The notes: a model not told the origin generated them from the sequence alone. Positions 12,291 through 27,046 are shown, numbered from the stretch's first letter. The stretch is DNA of 64,000 bases from Ginglymostoma cirratum (GCA_024137785.1 JAHRHZ010000150.1:755627-819626); one strand, 5' to 3'. A program made the numbers and translations.

Positions 12291-12597
12291 TCCCAAAGAA
12301 ATGGGACGAGTCGAGTCACGTGGCATCAACAGAAACACCGCAAAAATTAATCGCAGGAACAACTGTGTTGGCCCTCCAAGGCCCGCCTTTCTAACATCTG
12401 GAGCCCTGTGCCAAAATTACCAGAGCTGTCTCATAGACTAGGCAATAGCCTGACATAGTCTACTTATGGCTTCATATTTGACAGCGTTCCAAGCGCCACA
12501 ATCACCATCACTGAACGTGTTCTATTCCACCAGCAGGGCAGACATAGCAGAGTTGGCAGCATAATGGTATACACTCGGGAGGGAGTTGCCCTGAACT

Positions 12598-12652
12598 GGA
12601 GCTGGAGGCATCTGATAATGCGATTTGTTTCTACACTGCCCTGATCACGGCG
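12598..12652 (+). pseudogene. TRBV: 3' fragment of a TCR V with heptamer, truncated by a CR1-like fragment
   Basis: LEASDNAICFYTA followed by CACGGCG (12646-12652) and ATACAAACAAGT. The 3' flank (12690-12960) is paralogous to the flanks of the V genes ending at 4095 and 9688. Confidence 0.7.
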
Positions 12653-13719
12653 ATACAAACAAGTACCGGGCTGAAACCTAGCAGAAACACAGCGAGCGGT
12701 TAGACTGTAAACAGATCGATTAGAAAGCTCGGGTGGACAACGTTCATAAATACACCCGCTCCTTAATGATGATTAGGCCTTTTCCTAAAACCTCCAAAAG
12801 GGCTAAAAACATCTTCTAACCTTATAGGCGCGCAACATATCCAATCCAAGATCAAAAGATCCTGTTCTGTACTCATTGAGCGCAGGGGACAGTCTCAAAA
12901 AGAAGTGGACTACAGAAGGTTCTGTTAGGGCCAAAGTTTTATTTTTCTAAACTGCTTCCTGTTTAATTTTATGACTTATCCCGTCTGAAACACAACGGAT
13001 CTGATCAGGTTCACACATATCTTTTGGCAGCGAAGAATCATAAAACACATACAGTGCAGAAAGAGGCCATTCAGCCCACCACGTCTGTACTACCCTCCGA
13101 AGACAGTACCGCCCCAGACCCAGACCCCCACACTCTCAGCGTAACCCCACATTTACCATGGCTAACCATGGACACTACCAGTTTAGCGTGTCCAAGTCAC
13201 CTGTACTGCACACAGTGCAGAATACAAGAACAGGAACAATTGAGAAGGGTTATGATTGATGTCGACATATCACAATTCTCCGAATGCCCACTTTTACCAG
13301 TCATAATCAGAATATTCTGCATATACCCACACGTGTTTCTTGCTTTTTAAAAATTATATATTGACCTAGTTAGCTCCCTCTTTATCAATGGTACCAGCTT
13401 TGGCATAGAACTGGGCACATCACCCAGCTCATTAACGAGACCAATCAGTCTCGGTCGACTCACGGGTGGTGCATCTTTGGAGGAGTGGGTGGCATGGAGG
13501 GCTAGAAACTGACTGAGATTCAGCCTGTTTCACCAACAGTATTTCATTGACATGTGACCAGTTCCACTCACCTGCAAATGTGTGTTCAACCATGGCTGCA
13601 CTCCTTGATGACAAAGCAAGCTGAGTCTGTTTAGTATTCATCTCGTGTGCTGATAGAAAATGTCTCTATATCATCATAATAGCAGTACTCGTTTGACCAA
13701 CGCGTTTCTCAGTCTTTCT

Positions 13720-13983
13720 CTGGACTGGTTTCAGTCCTTTCCAGTGCTTTGGAAAATGGAAGAGATGGACATATATATTAACTGAAGGCACTAATAATTT
13801 AAGCATAAACTGGTCTTGCTAGTGTGGTGGCAAAGAGTAGCAGCATCCAGTGAACTCCTCTTCCGCCTCTGGTACCTTTCTTTAACAGGATTTCAAGGAG
13901 GTGTTTAAACCAAGAATAAGATCTGGAGACCGTAGAAAAGACTGAACGTGGAGATGGCAGTTCATTACTAAACTGATGGTGAT
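13720..13983 (+). pseudogene. TRBV: Second decayed V relic, paralog of 11521 relic
   Basis: 13390-14130 aligns by eye with 11200-11950. GATTTCAAGGAGGTGTTTAAA and GTTCATTACTAA remnants; heptamer destroyed. Confidence 0.6.
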
Positions 13984-14139
13984 ACCTTGATCAAAACCGG
14001 CTCAGAACAGTGTAAAACCTTCTGCACTGTCACTCTGTAAGAGGAAAACATGGTAAACCTCGAATATGCAAGCCTTCAAATTGAACAGCCTGTTCATTGA
14101 TGTAGCTTGTCTCAGTTGGCAACAACGTAACAGAGGGAG

Positions 14140-14480
14140 ACAACGCTCATGTGGTATTATCGCTGAACTATTAACCAGAATCACCAGCAATATTCCAGCG
14201 ACCTGGGTTCAAATCCAAATGCTTGAATTTGAATTCAATAAAAATCTGGAATTGTGCATCTAATGATGACCAAGAAACTGTTGTTGTATGTAGAAAAAAA
14301 AAGCCATCTGATTCAATTTTATCCTTCAGGGAAGGAAATGTGCAATTGTTCCTTGGCCTGGCCTACATGTGACTCCAGACCCCCAGCAATGACAGTGACA
14401 ATTAACTGCTCTCTGGATAAACAGGAGTCGGAAATAAGTGCTGGTCAACACAGATGCATACTTACTGTGACAGAATGAAA
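14140..14480 (+). mobile_element. Deu-domain SINE (SacSINE1-like)
   Basis: tRNA-like head GTGGTATTATCGCTG...GGGTTCAAATCC and Deu core CATCTGATTCAA...CAGGGAAGGAAATGTGC...GGCCTACATGTGACTCCAGACC. Confidence 0.65.
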
Positions 14481-16739
14481 AAAAAATGCTGAGAGGATAG
14501 AAGGATCTTCGAATGACTCATCACTGCCAGAGTGGCCAATCAAAATTTAACGTCCACTTCTGTACTTTCTAAACAATGAGAACAATCTTGACTGGATCCC
14601 GCGGGGTCAAAAATTCAATTCAGCCTCTGTAACATTAAACTTCTTTATGTTTCAACTCAGTCTTTCTGTTTCGCCAAAGGGAAACAAATATTTTGTGTTC
14701 ATATACCTCTCCAAACATCTCCTCACAATTACTATTGAATCAGCTCCTTTTGACCTGGCAGGAGATATAAACTAGATCCTCATTCCTTGTGCAGTTGGAA
14801 AGAAATGTTTCTTCACCTTCCACCTTTTCCTGCTAAGATTTGCCTTTAATTTGAGTTTACTAACAATTATATCAATGGGAACAATTCCTCCTCATGAACA
14901 CTATCAAAACCAAATGTCAGTTTTGATCAGATTAGGCCTCCTTTTGGCTTTCTGTTGGGAATGGAGCAATTCCACTTTTCCTATATTGTTCATCCTTTTG
15001 TCGACTAAGGGGATAGCTTAATCCTTCGCTTTCCCCCGAGTGTTGATCCTGAAGAACCCTGAGTGGAGAAATAGAGAGAAAGTTGCACATTGTTCTGCCT
15101 CTCCAGATATCTACCCACAAGCCCCAGTGATGTCAAACGTTCCCATTTTGAGGAGTGTCACCATTTTCTGTAATCGATAGCACACTGCCTAACAATCTTG
15201 CCTCCACAAAGGGAATTGAATATCCTGATTATTGTCTTCAACAAAAAAGTGGGAGTCCTATTGCATTTTGTTCTTGAGTCATTTCCACACACGGCTAGTC
15301 TGAATTTTGAATGGATTGCTCAGATTCGGACATCATGCTTTATTGTGTTTGCTTTTGCAACGGAAATGGAATTAAATGTAAACCTTGTTGAAATAGTGTG
15401 CAGTGACACAATGGGTCTGGTCGCAGCCCCTAAGGGGAAATAATGAACTGAAAGTCGGAAGTAGCTGAAGAAAATCAGCAAGTCCAAAAACAGAAACATA
15501 GTTAACATTTCGAGTCCAATGAAGAGCCCTGAAAAGATTCACGCCATTCTCAAAGCATTTAGTGTGATTGAATGGGTCAACCTCTTAAATCCCTTTCGGT
15601 GTGTGAGCCAACAGGTTTGAAAACTCAAGAGCATCAATTTGACTGGCTGATTGTTGAAATTTGTCCGATTTTACAAGCAATGCCCTGACCAGAGAACAGG
15701 TTAGTATAGCTTCCAAACATTGACTGGGGAACAATTCTAAATGCAAGACCCCAAGATATGTAGGGTCCTTGAGGAACCGGATAGGGTAAATGCTGAGAGG
15801 ATGATACCCCATGAGACAGTTTAAAACTAGACTGCATATTCTTAGAGTACAGATACACCAATTTAAGACTGAGTTGAGGAGGAATTTAATCTCTCAGATG
15901 GTTGAGAAACTTTGGAACAGTGGCCACAGAGAGCTGAGTCCTTGTGTATATTTAAGGCTGAGATAGACACATTCTTGATTGGTAGGGAATTAAGGATAAT
16001 AGGGAAAGGACAACGATTTGGATTTGACAAATGTCACACAAGTCGTGATCGTACTGAGTGGTAGAGGAAGATCGAGTGGCTGAATGGCCCACTTTCGTTT
16101 CTTGTGATCTTTTTGTTTACTTAGAGGAGAAAATCCTGGGTTGTATGGAGATGATTATGTGGAGGATCCGTTAGGCCTAGAGTACTCTTGTGAGTACTCA
16201 TCTTCCTCCTATTTTCTCAATGGACAGCTGATGTATCCTCTAAAAATACATTTCCAACTTTTTGTTCTTATCTCAAAACTGCTGCTAATTCTTGTCCGGT
16301 GTCTTGTCAGAAATTACATCGCAATTTTTTGTGAACAGTTGAACATAATTATCCTTTCCATATCTGTTCAGTCAACTTCGGATAACATTCTTGTACAAGT
16401 GGGGCTTGAAATTAGATATTCTGACTCCGAGGCAGGTACACTACCAATCTGCTGCAATCGCCACCCATTCAAGGTGAAATATTTTCAATGATAAAAAAAC
16501 AACAAACAAAATGCTGCCAGGCTATGTTGGAACCGTAGCTCATATGTGCCATCAGTATTACTGCCAAGGGAGACGGAGTCCCCGTAATTCTCCAATTCAA
16601 ACACCATCAACATATTGAGCAGAACTATCAGAACTCCAAAGAACCTTCAGATTCTCATTAGGCCAGTGCTGCTGTGGTGTTTAATGTCACCTGTCTCTCC
16701 ACAAAACATTGATTTGCGCAACATTATCGTAATTTGAAA

Positions 16740-18430
16740 TGTACCAGCAAGTATTCTCAATGTCACTGATGGGAGAGCCTAGCACATCAGTGCAAAAGAG
16801 AAGGCTGAAGCTTTCACAGCAGTCTTCAGCCAGAACTGCCATCTCAGCCTGCTGCCATGGTCCCCAGCATTACAGATACTAATCTTGAGCCAATTTGCTT
16901 CACTCCAAGAGATATCAAGAAACTATGGGAGACAATGGATACTCCAAAGGCTACAGGCCCTGACAACATTCTGGCAATAGTATTGAAGACTTGTGCTCCG
17001 TAACGTGCTGCTCCCCTTGCCAAGCTGCTCCCATACAGTTACAACACTGGCATCTGCCCGGCAATGTGGAAAATTTCCCAGATATGCCCTGTATATAGAA
17101 AGCAGAACAAATACAAATCTGACAACTACCGCCCCATTGATCTACTCTTAATCATCAGTAAAGTGATGGAAGGTGTCATCAATAGTACTATCAAATTGAA
17201 CCTGTTCATCAATAACCTGTTTAATGATGCTAAGTTTGGGTTCCGCCAGGGCCAGTCATCTCCTGACTGCATGACAGTCTTGGTTTAAACAAGTATAAAA
17301 GATGTGAATTCCTGAGGTGAAGTGAGAGTGACAGCCCTTGACATTTAGGTTGCATTTGGTGCAGTGCAACATCAAGGCGCCCAAGCAAAACTGGAATCCA
17401 TGAGTATTGGGAACAAATTCTCCTGTGGTTGGAGTCCTACCTGACACAAAGACGGATCGTTGTGGTTGTTGGAGGTAGGTCATCCCAGGTCCAGGACGTC
17501 CCTGCGGGAGGTCTGCATGGTAGTGTCCTAGGCCCAGCCATCTGCAGCTGCATTACTAACGACCTTCTGTCCATCATACGATCAGAAATGGAAATGTTTG
17601 CCGAAGATTGCACAATGTTTAACATCATTCACGCCTCTTTAGATACGGATGTAGTCCATACTCAAATGCAACAGGATATGGACAATATCCAGGCTTGGAC
17701 TGATAAGTGGGGAGTAACATTCGCTCCATGCAAATGACCATCACCAATATGAGATAATATAATCACCGTTCCTTGACATTGAATTATGTTGCCCTGTTTG
17801 AATTCCCAACTATCAAAATCCTGCAAGGTTGTCATTGACATCAACTTAGCTTTACTCACCACATAACAATAGTGGCTGCCAGAGCAGTTCGGAGGCTAGT
17901 AATACTGTAGCGAGTAACTCACCGCTTGACTCACTAAAGCCTGTTAATCATCTACAAAGCACAAGTCAGGAGTTTGATGGAATACTCCTCATTTGCCTGG
18001 ATGAGTACAACCCCAAAAACACTCAAGAAGCGTCACACTATCCGGGACAATGAAGCCTGCTTGATTGACACTGCATCCACAAGCATCCACTTCCTCAACC
18101 ACCAACGCTCAGTAGCAACAATCTGTACCATGTAAAAGATGAACTACAGAACTTCAGCAAATACCTTTCGATAATGCCTTCTAAACACATGACCACTTCA
18201 ATGTAGAAGGACAAGGACAGCATGTACATGGAACAGCATCACATTCAAGTTCTATTCCAAGCTACTCATCATCTTGGGTTTGAAATATATTGTCGCTCCT
18301 TCCATGCCGCTGGGAGAAAATTCTGGAATATCCTCCCCCAAGGGCATTGTGGGCCAATCCAATTGGACTATAGTGGTTCACGAATGCAGTTCGCCACCAA
18401 CATCTCAAAGGCATCTCGGGACCAATAATA
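16740..18430 (+). mobile_element. CR1/L2-clade LINE, reverse-transcriptase region, decayed
   Basis: ORFs WKISQICPVYRK...NYRPIDLL.IISKVMEG...FGFR.G.S and ESYL.QRRIVVVV.G...HGSVLGP...MFAEDC (FADD-like), with stops and frameshifts. Confidence 0.9.
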
Positions 18431-20259
18431 CGCGCTGGTCATAATTGAATACATTTTTAAAGAGTATCGAAAACAGGTTGCTCATTGTAAGACTGTCCAC
18501 CATGTTGATTACTCTCACATTGACCCACACAAGACACGCATCAGCATAGGTTGGATGAAGAATTTTGAATCAGAAGCAAAGAATATAGCAGCATGTGTAT
18601 GCTATTCGGTCCTTTGAAACTACTCTGTCATTCAATCTGTTCATGTCTGATCATCAAACTCAGCAGCCTGTCCTCCCTCTCTCCACGTACCTTTTGATTG
18701 CCTTAGCTGTAAGTGAGAAAGCGAAATGCTTTTTGAAATCATTCAATATTTTGGTCTCACCTGCTGTCAATGGAAGAGAATTTAACATGTTCATCACTCT
18801 TTGGTTGAAAACTTTTCTCCCTGTCTCAATCATAAATGGACTAGACCGTGACCGCTGGTTCTGGACTCCCTTGTCATCAATGCATTGATGCTCCCGACAA
18901 CTTTGGAGGTTTTCAAAGGGAATTGTGCCCCCTTTTTCCAGTTCGTCTTTCATGTATCACCTTTGATTTGAGCCTTCTCGTTGCCAACATTACGACTGAT
19001 ATAACGATGATTTCCCCATTACCTCAACTAAAGCCTGGAATAATTTTGATCATAATCTATTGAGTGTACTTAAGACAGAGATAGATAGGTTCTTGATTAA
19101 TAATGGGTTCAAAGTTTATAGGGAGAAGGCAGGAAAATGGGGTTGAGAAGCATATCAGCCATAATGGATGGAAGAACATATTCCATGGGCTGAATGGCTT
19201 AATTATGCTATTAAATCTTATGGCCTTATGGTCGATGAGATACCCTCGGAGACTATGAAGTGGGACTATACTCTCTTCTACATCTGTGAGTAATAGAGAC
19301 AGCCTCTGGTTTCACTTTTTTTTCGATGGCTTTCTGAACGGTGACGTATTATTCTCTCCAGAAATCACAGATATATTGTCCATTCAACTGTTAATGAACA
19401 TCCCAAATCCTGTGTCAGAATTGCACATATAAGACTATACTGTGTTTTTTTTTGTATTGTCCACATCCGGAATTGCTGTCACATACACCAGAATAGTCCT
19501 TCCACCATTAAGCCACGGTGACACATTGCACCATTAAACTGCCCGTGTTTCCAATTGTTCAATTCATGCACATTAAAGGCAATGCAATAAAACCAAGATG
19601 AAAGGCTCTTATCATGCCGTGGTAGATTCGCTACCTCTTATCCAGAAGGCCCGATTTCATTCCCTACCGACTCCAGATAGAGTGTAATGCTATCTTTGAA
19701 CAGGTAGATTGGGGGAGGAGCAATTAAGGGTAAGGGAGAGAGAGGTAGAAGGCGGAATCAAAATGGAGTTGAATAGGGGAGATAAGACACTGTCCATCCC
19801 CTGTGTTGCCCACCCTTCTCTAAACGATTTGACAGTATTGGTGGAATAAAATAAACTAAAAAACAGTGGATGCTGGATCAGGCCTGACAGCACCTGTAGA
19901 CAGAAAGCAGAAATAAGTTTTGGGTCTAGTGACGCTTCTTTAGAAGTGATAGTAGCTAGAAGAAGATTGGTATATATGCTGGAGATGCATTGGGAGACTT
20001 TGATTTGGTTCTGATCTTTACATACACAGCATATATTGCTGAGGGTGAATGTCTAATTTTGGTATTCGGATGTGGATCAAATAGCTAGGATGGTGTCGAG
20101 ATTGTTGACTCCTTTTGAAGCTATCTTCAGTTAGGCAGGTCGAAACTGTTCCATACCCTTGATTGTACCTCGCAGCTGGTATGCAGACTTCGGGGAGTCA
20201 GGAGGCAAGTTACTCACTGCAGGATTTCTCGCCATTGACCTGCTGTTGTCGTCACCGGA

Positions 20260-21730
20260 CTTATGTGGCTGTTCCAGTACTGCTCTACGGACCTTCAGAA
20301 TGATCAGAATTCTATTTATCCATAATGAACACGTCACAGCTCAACATATCGCCTTGTCTGACATTGCAATGAATCTATGGCATCAGTAGTGGTTCAACGA
20401 AGATTGCAGGAGAGCATGTTTGGACAAGCATAATGCTTGTTGAAAATGAAGTGTTAACTCGTTAAAACTACAACAAAAGACTACTCATTTACCTAACAGC
20501 ACAGAATGGGCAGAAATAATCAGTCTCAAAACTAAGAGATCGCATCAAAGCTCAGCAATGGTCCTAACACGTCAATTTGTGGAAGGTGGTGTACATGCAA
20601 ATAACAAATAAAATAAACAATCTCGTCCTCAGTGGTGGAAATGCATGGTACCTCATTACAAAAGAGAAGCATTTAGAAGCTTCTACAGACAGAAGTACCG
20701 AATGAACACTCCATCTCTGTCTCCTCTGATGTTTTATATATCTCCGACATCCATCTGCAGTCAATTGAATTCACTCCATATGATATCAGGACACAGCTGG
20801 ATGCAATGTTAATGTGCAGGATGTGGGTGTTGGCGTTATTCTGGTAATATTCTGGCGTTCCAGCATTGGCTGCAAGGCAAGATACTTCACACAGCCACAA
20901 CCCTGGCACCCAGATTGCAATCTGGAACATTGCCCAGTTACTTCTTGTCCACAAATTGCAGGAATATTCCACTCCGACACTTTGTCACGCCATCCGTCTA
21001 CTCTCAGGATTTCCCAAATTGAGAGAAAGTGTAATTGACATGGATAAGGTGTAGGCAAGTCTAAAACTAGAGAGCATAGGTTTAAGTTGAGAACTTAATT
21101 ACAGTAAGAGGGGCCTGGGCGCAGCTTTTACATGCAGAGAGTGTGTGTGATTGGAACAAGCTGCCAGAGGAGGTTGTGGAGGTGGGTACAATTACAGCAT
21201 TTAAAAGGCATCATGATAGGTATATGAATAGGAAGCCTTTAGAGGGAAATGGGCCAAATGTTGGCGAATGGGACGAGATCAATTTAGGAAATCCGGTCGG
21301 TGTGGATGTGAAAAGTCTGTTTCTGTGCTGTTTAATTCAATGACTCCATGACATTGTTAACAAACGGCACTTTCAGAGAATAACCAGTTTACAAACACTC
21401 TGTTGAAATCTATCAGCACACTCAACGCCTAACCTCATTACAGTCCATTTACATACATGGACTAAAAATCTGAACATGAGAGAATAAGTAATGAATGAAA
21501 ACACTTGGCATCAAGGTCGTCGTCGATCTATTGTGACATTGAAGGGCACTACTAAAGGTGAAATTACGTGATGCCGGGGGAGCAGTTAATGCAGGTTTGC
21601 TTATTTCTGAGGTTGGAGGGAAATGATTTAAGGTCAGATATATCAGCTCATCTGGGCTTCCTTAGAGTCGTGTCCTCGGCCCAACTATCTTCGTTGGCTT
21701 CATCAACGACCTTTCCTTCAAAACATTAAC
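20260..21730 (+). mobile_element. Nested decayed CR1-type LINE fragments (duplicated at 32230-33890)
   Basis: WNIAQLLLVHK RT-proximal motif, a CR1 3'-tail block (21050-21350) and a QSRVLGPTIF-like motif near 21665. Confidence 0.65.
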
Positions 21731-22269
21731 AGTAAAAGACAAGGTCTTCAAGATATTATCAGGAAAACACAGGGTCGGTAATTGGTAGACCATTTGCACT
21801 GGTTGGAGGTTCTAAAGCCTAGGGCATCGTCTGTGAATTAGGGTTTGGCCATCACGAGATATGTTAGGAAGCAGTTCGACAATCAAAATGGCAGATGCCT
21901 GGATGTCTATTCTACAAACGGCAGTTACTATGATCATTTATTAACAATCACTTATTAATTTTACATATGATATTGGTAAAGGTTTGTTAAGCAAAAATGT
22001 TAAGGGATAATGGTCAAAGGCAGATATGTGGAGTTAGGCCACAGATCAGCCGTCATCTCATTGCATGGTGCATCAGGCTCGAGGGCCTTTTCCTACATTT
22101 CTATATCCTAAGACCATTACTTTCTCAAGGTCTTTTTGGGATGGGCAATAATTGCTGGCCAAACCACATCCTAGGAATAAATGCAACAGAAGTGTGCCAA
22201 ATGCCTGGAACACTTGTATTAAACACTGCATTCAGCTTCTGTGACCTGTGCAGGACTGTCTTTGAATCA

Positions 22270-22400
22270 GAGATAAAAGGTACTGCAGATGCTGGAGAAT
22301 CCTTTTTTTTTTCTGATGAAGGGCCTAGGCCCGAAACGTCAAGTTTTCCTGCTCCTCTGATGCTGCTTGACCTGCTGTGTTCATCCAGCCCCAAGCTTGT
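22270..22400 (+). mobile_element. Short Penelope-derived insertion with intact hammerhead core and 13-bp TSD
   Basis: CTGATGA-A-GGGC-CTAG-GCCC-GAAACGTC at 22313-22340. TGTCTTTGAATCA is duplicated at 22257 and 22401. Confidence 0.8.
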
Positions 22401-24547
22401 TGTCTTTGAATCATTCGTATTTCCACAAGGCAGGTACGTAGCTTCATGAAATTATACAATAAATTGCAAAGAACCCATAAAAGCTACGAGTGCAAACCAG
22501 GCCGATTAGAGAGAGCCTGGTGCGTCGCTTTGAGCTGTGCTATTGGCGGTGCTGGTAACAATTTCCGCATTCAATCACCAAGTGAGAGATGGCGGCAGTA
22601 ACAAAGCAGCTAGTAAAACAGGAACTGATCTACGATGATTTGAGACGGTAATGGGTTGCAGAATCATTCAGTGGACTGCCTATGTGTGTCTACTGTTACT
22701 GATGCTTCCGGGTTACTGTCCAGCAGTATGACTTCTGGTTGTTAAAGGAACAACAATATCTTTTCGAAGATTATCAGTTGTTCTTTGGCAGTTCTGTAGT
22801 TCTCTATGTTCAATTAAGGTGGAAGTTGCGGAAACAGTGCCTCAAGTGGGAATACATACAGTAGAGCTGAAAAGCGACCCTTGTCGTGCAGTGGTAGTGA
22901 CCCTACCTCTGAGCCAGCTGACCCGTTGTTATGCCCTCTTGTCATTGATCCCTCCACCAAGTGTACACATTTCTTACTGTCTACCCTGTTTACTCCCCTC
23001 ATAATTTCATGCATTTCAGTTGTAACTCCCTCAACTTGTCTGTTCTCTGTAAAATAACCCCAATCTGTCCAATCGCTCTTCATAATTAAAACCTTCCTTT
23101 TAATCCTCCTGCATTAACAGATAGCCTTCCATTCACTTTCTTATCTTATTCGTGAAGCAGCACTTAGCCAATTGAGTTGATTCTTTCAATCAAACATCAA
23201 TTTTCTGGCTGCTGCTCCTGCAAACTTTGTAATTTTTTTGAGATTCTCTGCGTTATATGGGCAAAATGGCCCCTGCATTCATACAGAATGGCATCTTAGC
23301 CGTACTGAACTAGAATAATACCCGTGTGTTTCAAAATTAGTTTCTAAGACAGACTAGATAAAGAAAACTACTTTTTATTAACGAAATTTCACGTCTGATT
23401 ATCAGATCGTGTTAATCTCACCAGGTCTTTCCGCTCAAAGGCGGCAAATGATTGATGAAAAAATAATGAAATTCCGAAATGCCTTCCTAAGATTAGAAAT
23501 CTTCTTGATACAGTCCTGAGAAGCTGCATGGAAATTCCCAGTAACTGAGAAAATCAACAGAGAAAACAAAACTTCATTAATATTCGTTGATAATCATTTT
23601 GAATCAGAGACTGCTGTCAACAACAGAATTTCTTTTTTCTAATCACACACGGTATTTTTTGGAGCCGTGGTAGTATGTCTGGCTAGGAGAAACGGGTTCA
23701 ATTCCCAAATTCTTCCGAAGTCTGTGGTAGCATCGCTGAGCAGGTTGATCAGAAGCTACCTGGAATGAATGAGGAGGGCTCTTGTGATACAGTTGTATTT
23801 TCCCTACCTCTGAACCAAGAGACCTGAGTTCAAATACACCTGTTCCAGGGCTGTATAATAACATCTCTGAACATGTTCATTGCAAAATACCTAAACCTGC
23901 ATGTTCAGACCACCAAAATACTTTATTTGATTGAAAATCTGTCTTCCCTGGCACAGGGAGGACTGTATTTGTTGTATTGCAAAAACAGCTGTCTTGTTAG
24001 AGGATTAGTCTTTATAGTGAAAAACTATATCTTATTCATAAAACGTATGCACATACAAAAGGGCTAAAAATTGTTCTCCACAGTTTTTGCTGGGAGAAAA
24101 CAGAAATGCCAAACGATGCATTGCAATTTGACATCTTTCAGATCATTCCTGCAGTTGTGAAAACACAGGCACTCCCCCCACCGCCTCCACAGTCCCATCC
24201 GCGTATCAAAATATTTACATACATTTTGAATCAACAGAGCGGTTTGAGAATTTAATGGACCCTGTTCGGAACAGCTTGCTCGGTTTGACTTTCTTTTCTG
24301 TATTCATCTTGAAATGCAAAATGGACTAATGCTGCAATATCTGACCGATTTTTCAGTCCTTTGACATGAGCAGACTTGACCTCCACCTGAAAAGTAAACA
24401 GACATAAGTAAATCGATCCAATCTGTATGAACCTGCAAGAGGTGGGCAATTTCATTAAACTTGCAAGGCGACCTGGTGGTATTCATAGACAAGACATCTG
24501 GTTTTCATTAGATGGGAACAGAGGAAGTCTATTGGATGCTCTCGTGA

Positions 24548-24555
24548 TGATGTCA
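24548..24555 (+). promoter_or_regulatory. TRBV promoter CRE-like motif
   Basis: TGATGTCA 89 nt upstream of the leader ATG, followed by an ATTAAAT box at 24571. Confidence 0.75.
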
Positions 24556-24636
24556 CATCTAAAGCGAAGCATTAAATCCGGTGCCAGGGCGGCAGGGTTT
24601 GCGTTGTGTGAGAGTTGAACCAAGTTGTGAGGAATA

Positions 24637-25533
24637 ATGTTCGGTGCTCTTTCTCTGCATCTCCTGTTACTGCTGTTCCCAGGTATCTTTCCAGCCTTTC
24701 TGAACTATTTGAGACGATCTCAATTGCTTTTGGTGACATAGTCGAACTTTGGTCAGTCAGATCATTGACAAGTTTCGACTTTGTTTATACCCTTAAAATA
24801 AAGCTATCTCGTAGCAGAATGAAATTGGCAATGCCCAGCTTCCAAAGAAAATCGGGCTCAATGCCCACATCAGTGAGCAGTTAGGGTCTCTCTCTCTCTC
24901 TCTGACTCCATAATGGAGAAATGCGTTGTCTTTTTGAACCGGGCAGATTTCGAAAGGTGTGGAATGTAGGAAACCACACAATGCACCTGGGTCTCCGCAA
25001 GCAATCGGCATTGCAGTCAATCGTGGCGATGCGGCGTGTGCCCCAGTTTTGCTCCAGAGTGACTGGGTGCCCAGAGGTCTGCTGCTTTATCTGAGAATGT
25101 CAACGAGTCGAGCGTCTGTGGGTAGGTGGGATGGGTGTGATGGGAGTTCCTGGTGTCATCGGTGGAGATTGCTTCTCCGTAGTGAATTGTGGCTCAAACC
25201 TGACCGTGTCTGTTCTCCCTTTTCTCCTCAGCTGGCTGCAGGAGTACTCTCGTCTCCCAGTGGGACAACCACTTGTCTGTTGGAGAAGGGAAGACGGCGG
25301 AGGTGCACTGTTACCAAAACGACACTAGCAATAGCTACATGTATTGGTACCGCCAGGTTGGAGGAGCAGGTCTTCAGCTCCTTACCACCTCCATTTTCGG
25401 CTCTGGTAGCACGCCAGAAGACAGTTTCAAGGAGCGGACTGAAGTCATTCGACGCAGTCAAAAGTTGTGCAGCCTAAAAATACTGAACTTGGTGCCGAAT
25501 GATACTGCAATTTACTACTGCGCTGCTAATGAT
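24637..25533 (+). CDS. TRBV: TCR beta V gene segment, apparently functional (leader 24637-24682; V exon 25232-25533)
   Basis: MFGALSLHLLLLLFP/GT...AG/AGCRSTLVSQWDNHLSVGEGKTAEVHCYQNDTSNSYMYWYRQ...DTAIYYCAAND; open after splicing. Confidence 0.92.
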
Positions 25534-25572
25534 CACAGCGATTCTAACAGGCTCAGAACTGGTTTGAAAACT
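25534..25572 (+). promoter_or_regulatory. 23-spacer RSS (weak nonamer)
   Basis: CACAGCG - 23 nt - TTGAAAACT. Confidence 0.8.
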
Positions 25573-27046
25573 TACCAACCTGTTATTCCATGAGTTACGC
25601 AATGGGGAAACCTCTGCTGGCAGATTTCAACAGATTGGTCATTCATGTAAACTTCCCTCCCGTACGACCTAACACCCTGAGTGAACAAAATTATTTCCCA
25701 GTGCGTCCGAAGCAATAAATAAAATGATTGAGGTCTATGGGATAGAAAAATGTTCCTCAGTCCATTGCGTCTGAGCTGGTTAAAAACAATCACCTAAGTA
25801 TTCAGAGTCCATTCTCCAGCACATTTTCCAAACCATTGTATGCCATGGCATCTCAAGTGCACATCTAATTATTTCGTCAATGTAATGGTGGTTTCTGCCT
25901 CTACCACACGTACAGTCTGTGAGTTTCTGACTACCTCCCCGATCTGTGTGAAAATTATTTTCTTCACTTCTCCTCCGAACCTCCTGTGCCTTAACTTAAA
26001 GCTACTTCCCTAGACATTGACTCCTCCATCAAGAGAAAATATTCCTTCTTGTCTGTCCTGTCTATGCCCCTCATAATTTTATCCATCTCGATCATGTCCA
26101 TTCTCAATCTCCACTGCTGTGAGGAAAACGATCTCAGCATGTCCATGCTTTCTTCATACCATCCTTCTTTTTATTCCTCCTGTAATAAATGATAACTAGC
26201 CATTCATTTTCTTACCTTCTTCCTGAAACAGCACTTGGGCAATTTAGGTGATTTTTGCAATCGAGCATCGAGTTGCAGGTTACTGATCCTGATAACTTTT
26301 TAATTGTTTTGAAATTGTTCATGCGACTGTCAAAATAGCTCCTGCATTCATACAGAATAGCAACTTAGACATGTTAGCACGGGAGAACATATAAGCTTCT
26401 AAGTAAAACCAGATGAAACAAATTAACTTTTATGAACTAAACCGCTTGTATATCGTGTATCTTTAATTTCACTATTCCATTCTCCCCAAAGGGCGACAAT
26501 TGCTTGCTGACAAAGTATGTTCCGAAATGTCTTCTCCGGATTTCAATCGCCTTGTTCCAGCTCTGGGGAGCTGCATGGCAGCACTCAGTAACTGAGTCAA
26601 TCAAGAGATTAAAAAAAACCTTTGTCAATGCTCTTTGATTATCACGTTAAATTAGAGTCGGCTGTGTACGATGGTAACACTTTGTTTTTCTCCGTAGTCA
26701 CACCCTGATCTCTTGTGGAGAAGAAGTAGTCTCCCTACCTCTGAGCCAGGAAGCCCGAGTTGAATACATATCTGCTCCAGAGATAATAATAACATTTCTG
26801 AACGGGTACATTGAAAATTATACAATATCTAATTTTTCACCCCATCAAATTCCAATATCCAGTTGAAATTTTGGCATAGGGAGGACCCTGTGGTATTGCA
26901 AAAAACAACTGTCCAAAAGTATCTCTCAGATTGCCCTTGCAGTTGTGAAAATTGACGCGTTTTCAGCCCGTGCAGGAAGCTATTTGCATTTATTCTGAGG
27001 CAACTGGGGTGGTTTGAGAACTGAACGGACGCTGGGAGGAGAAGTC

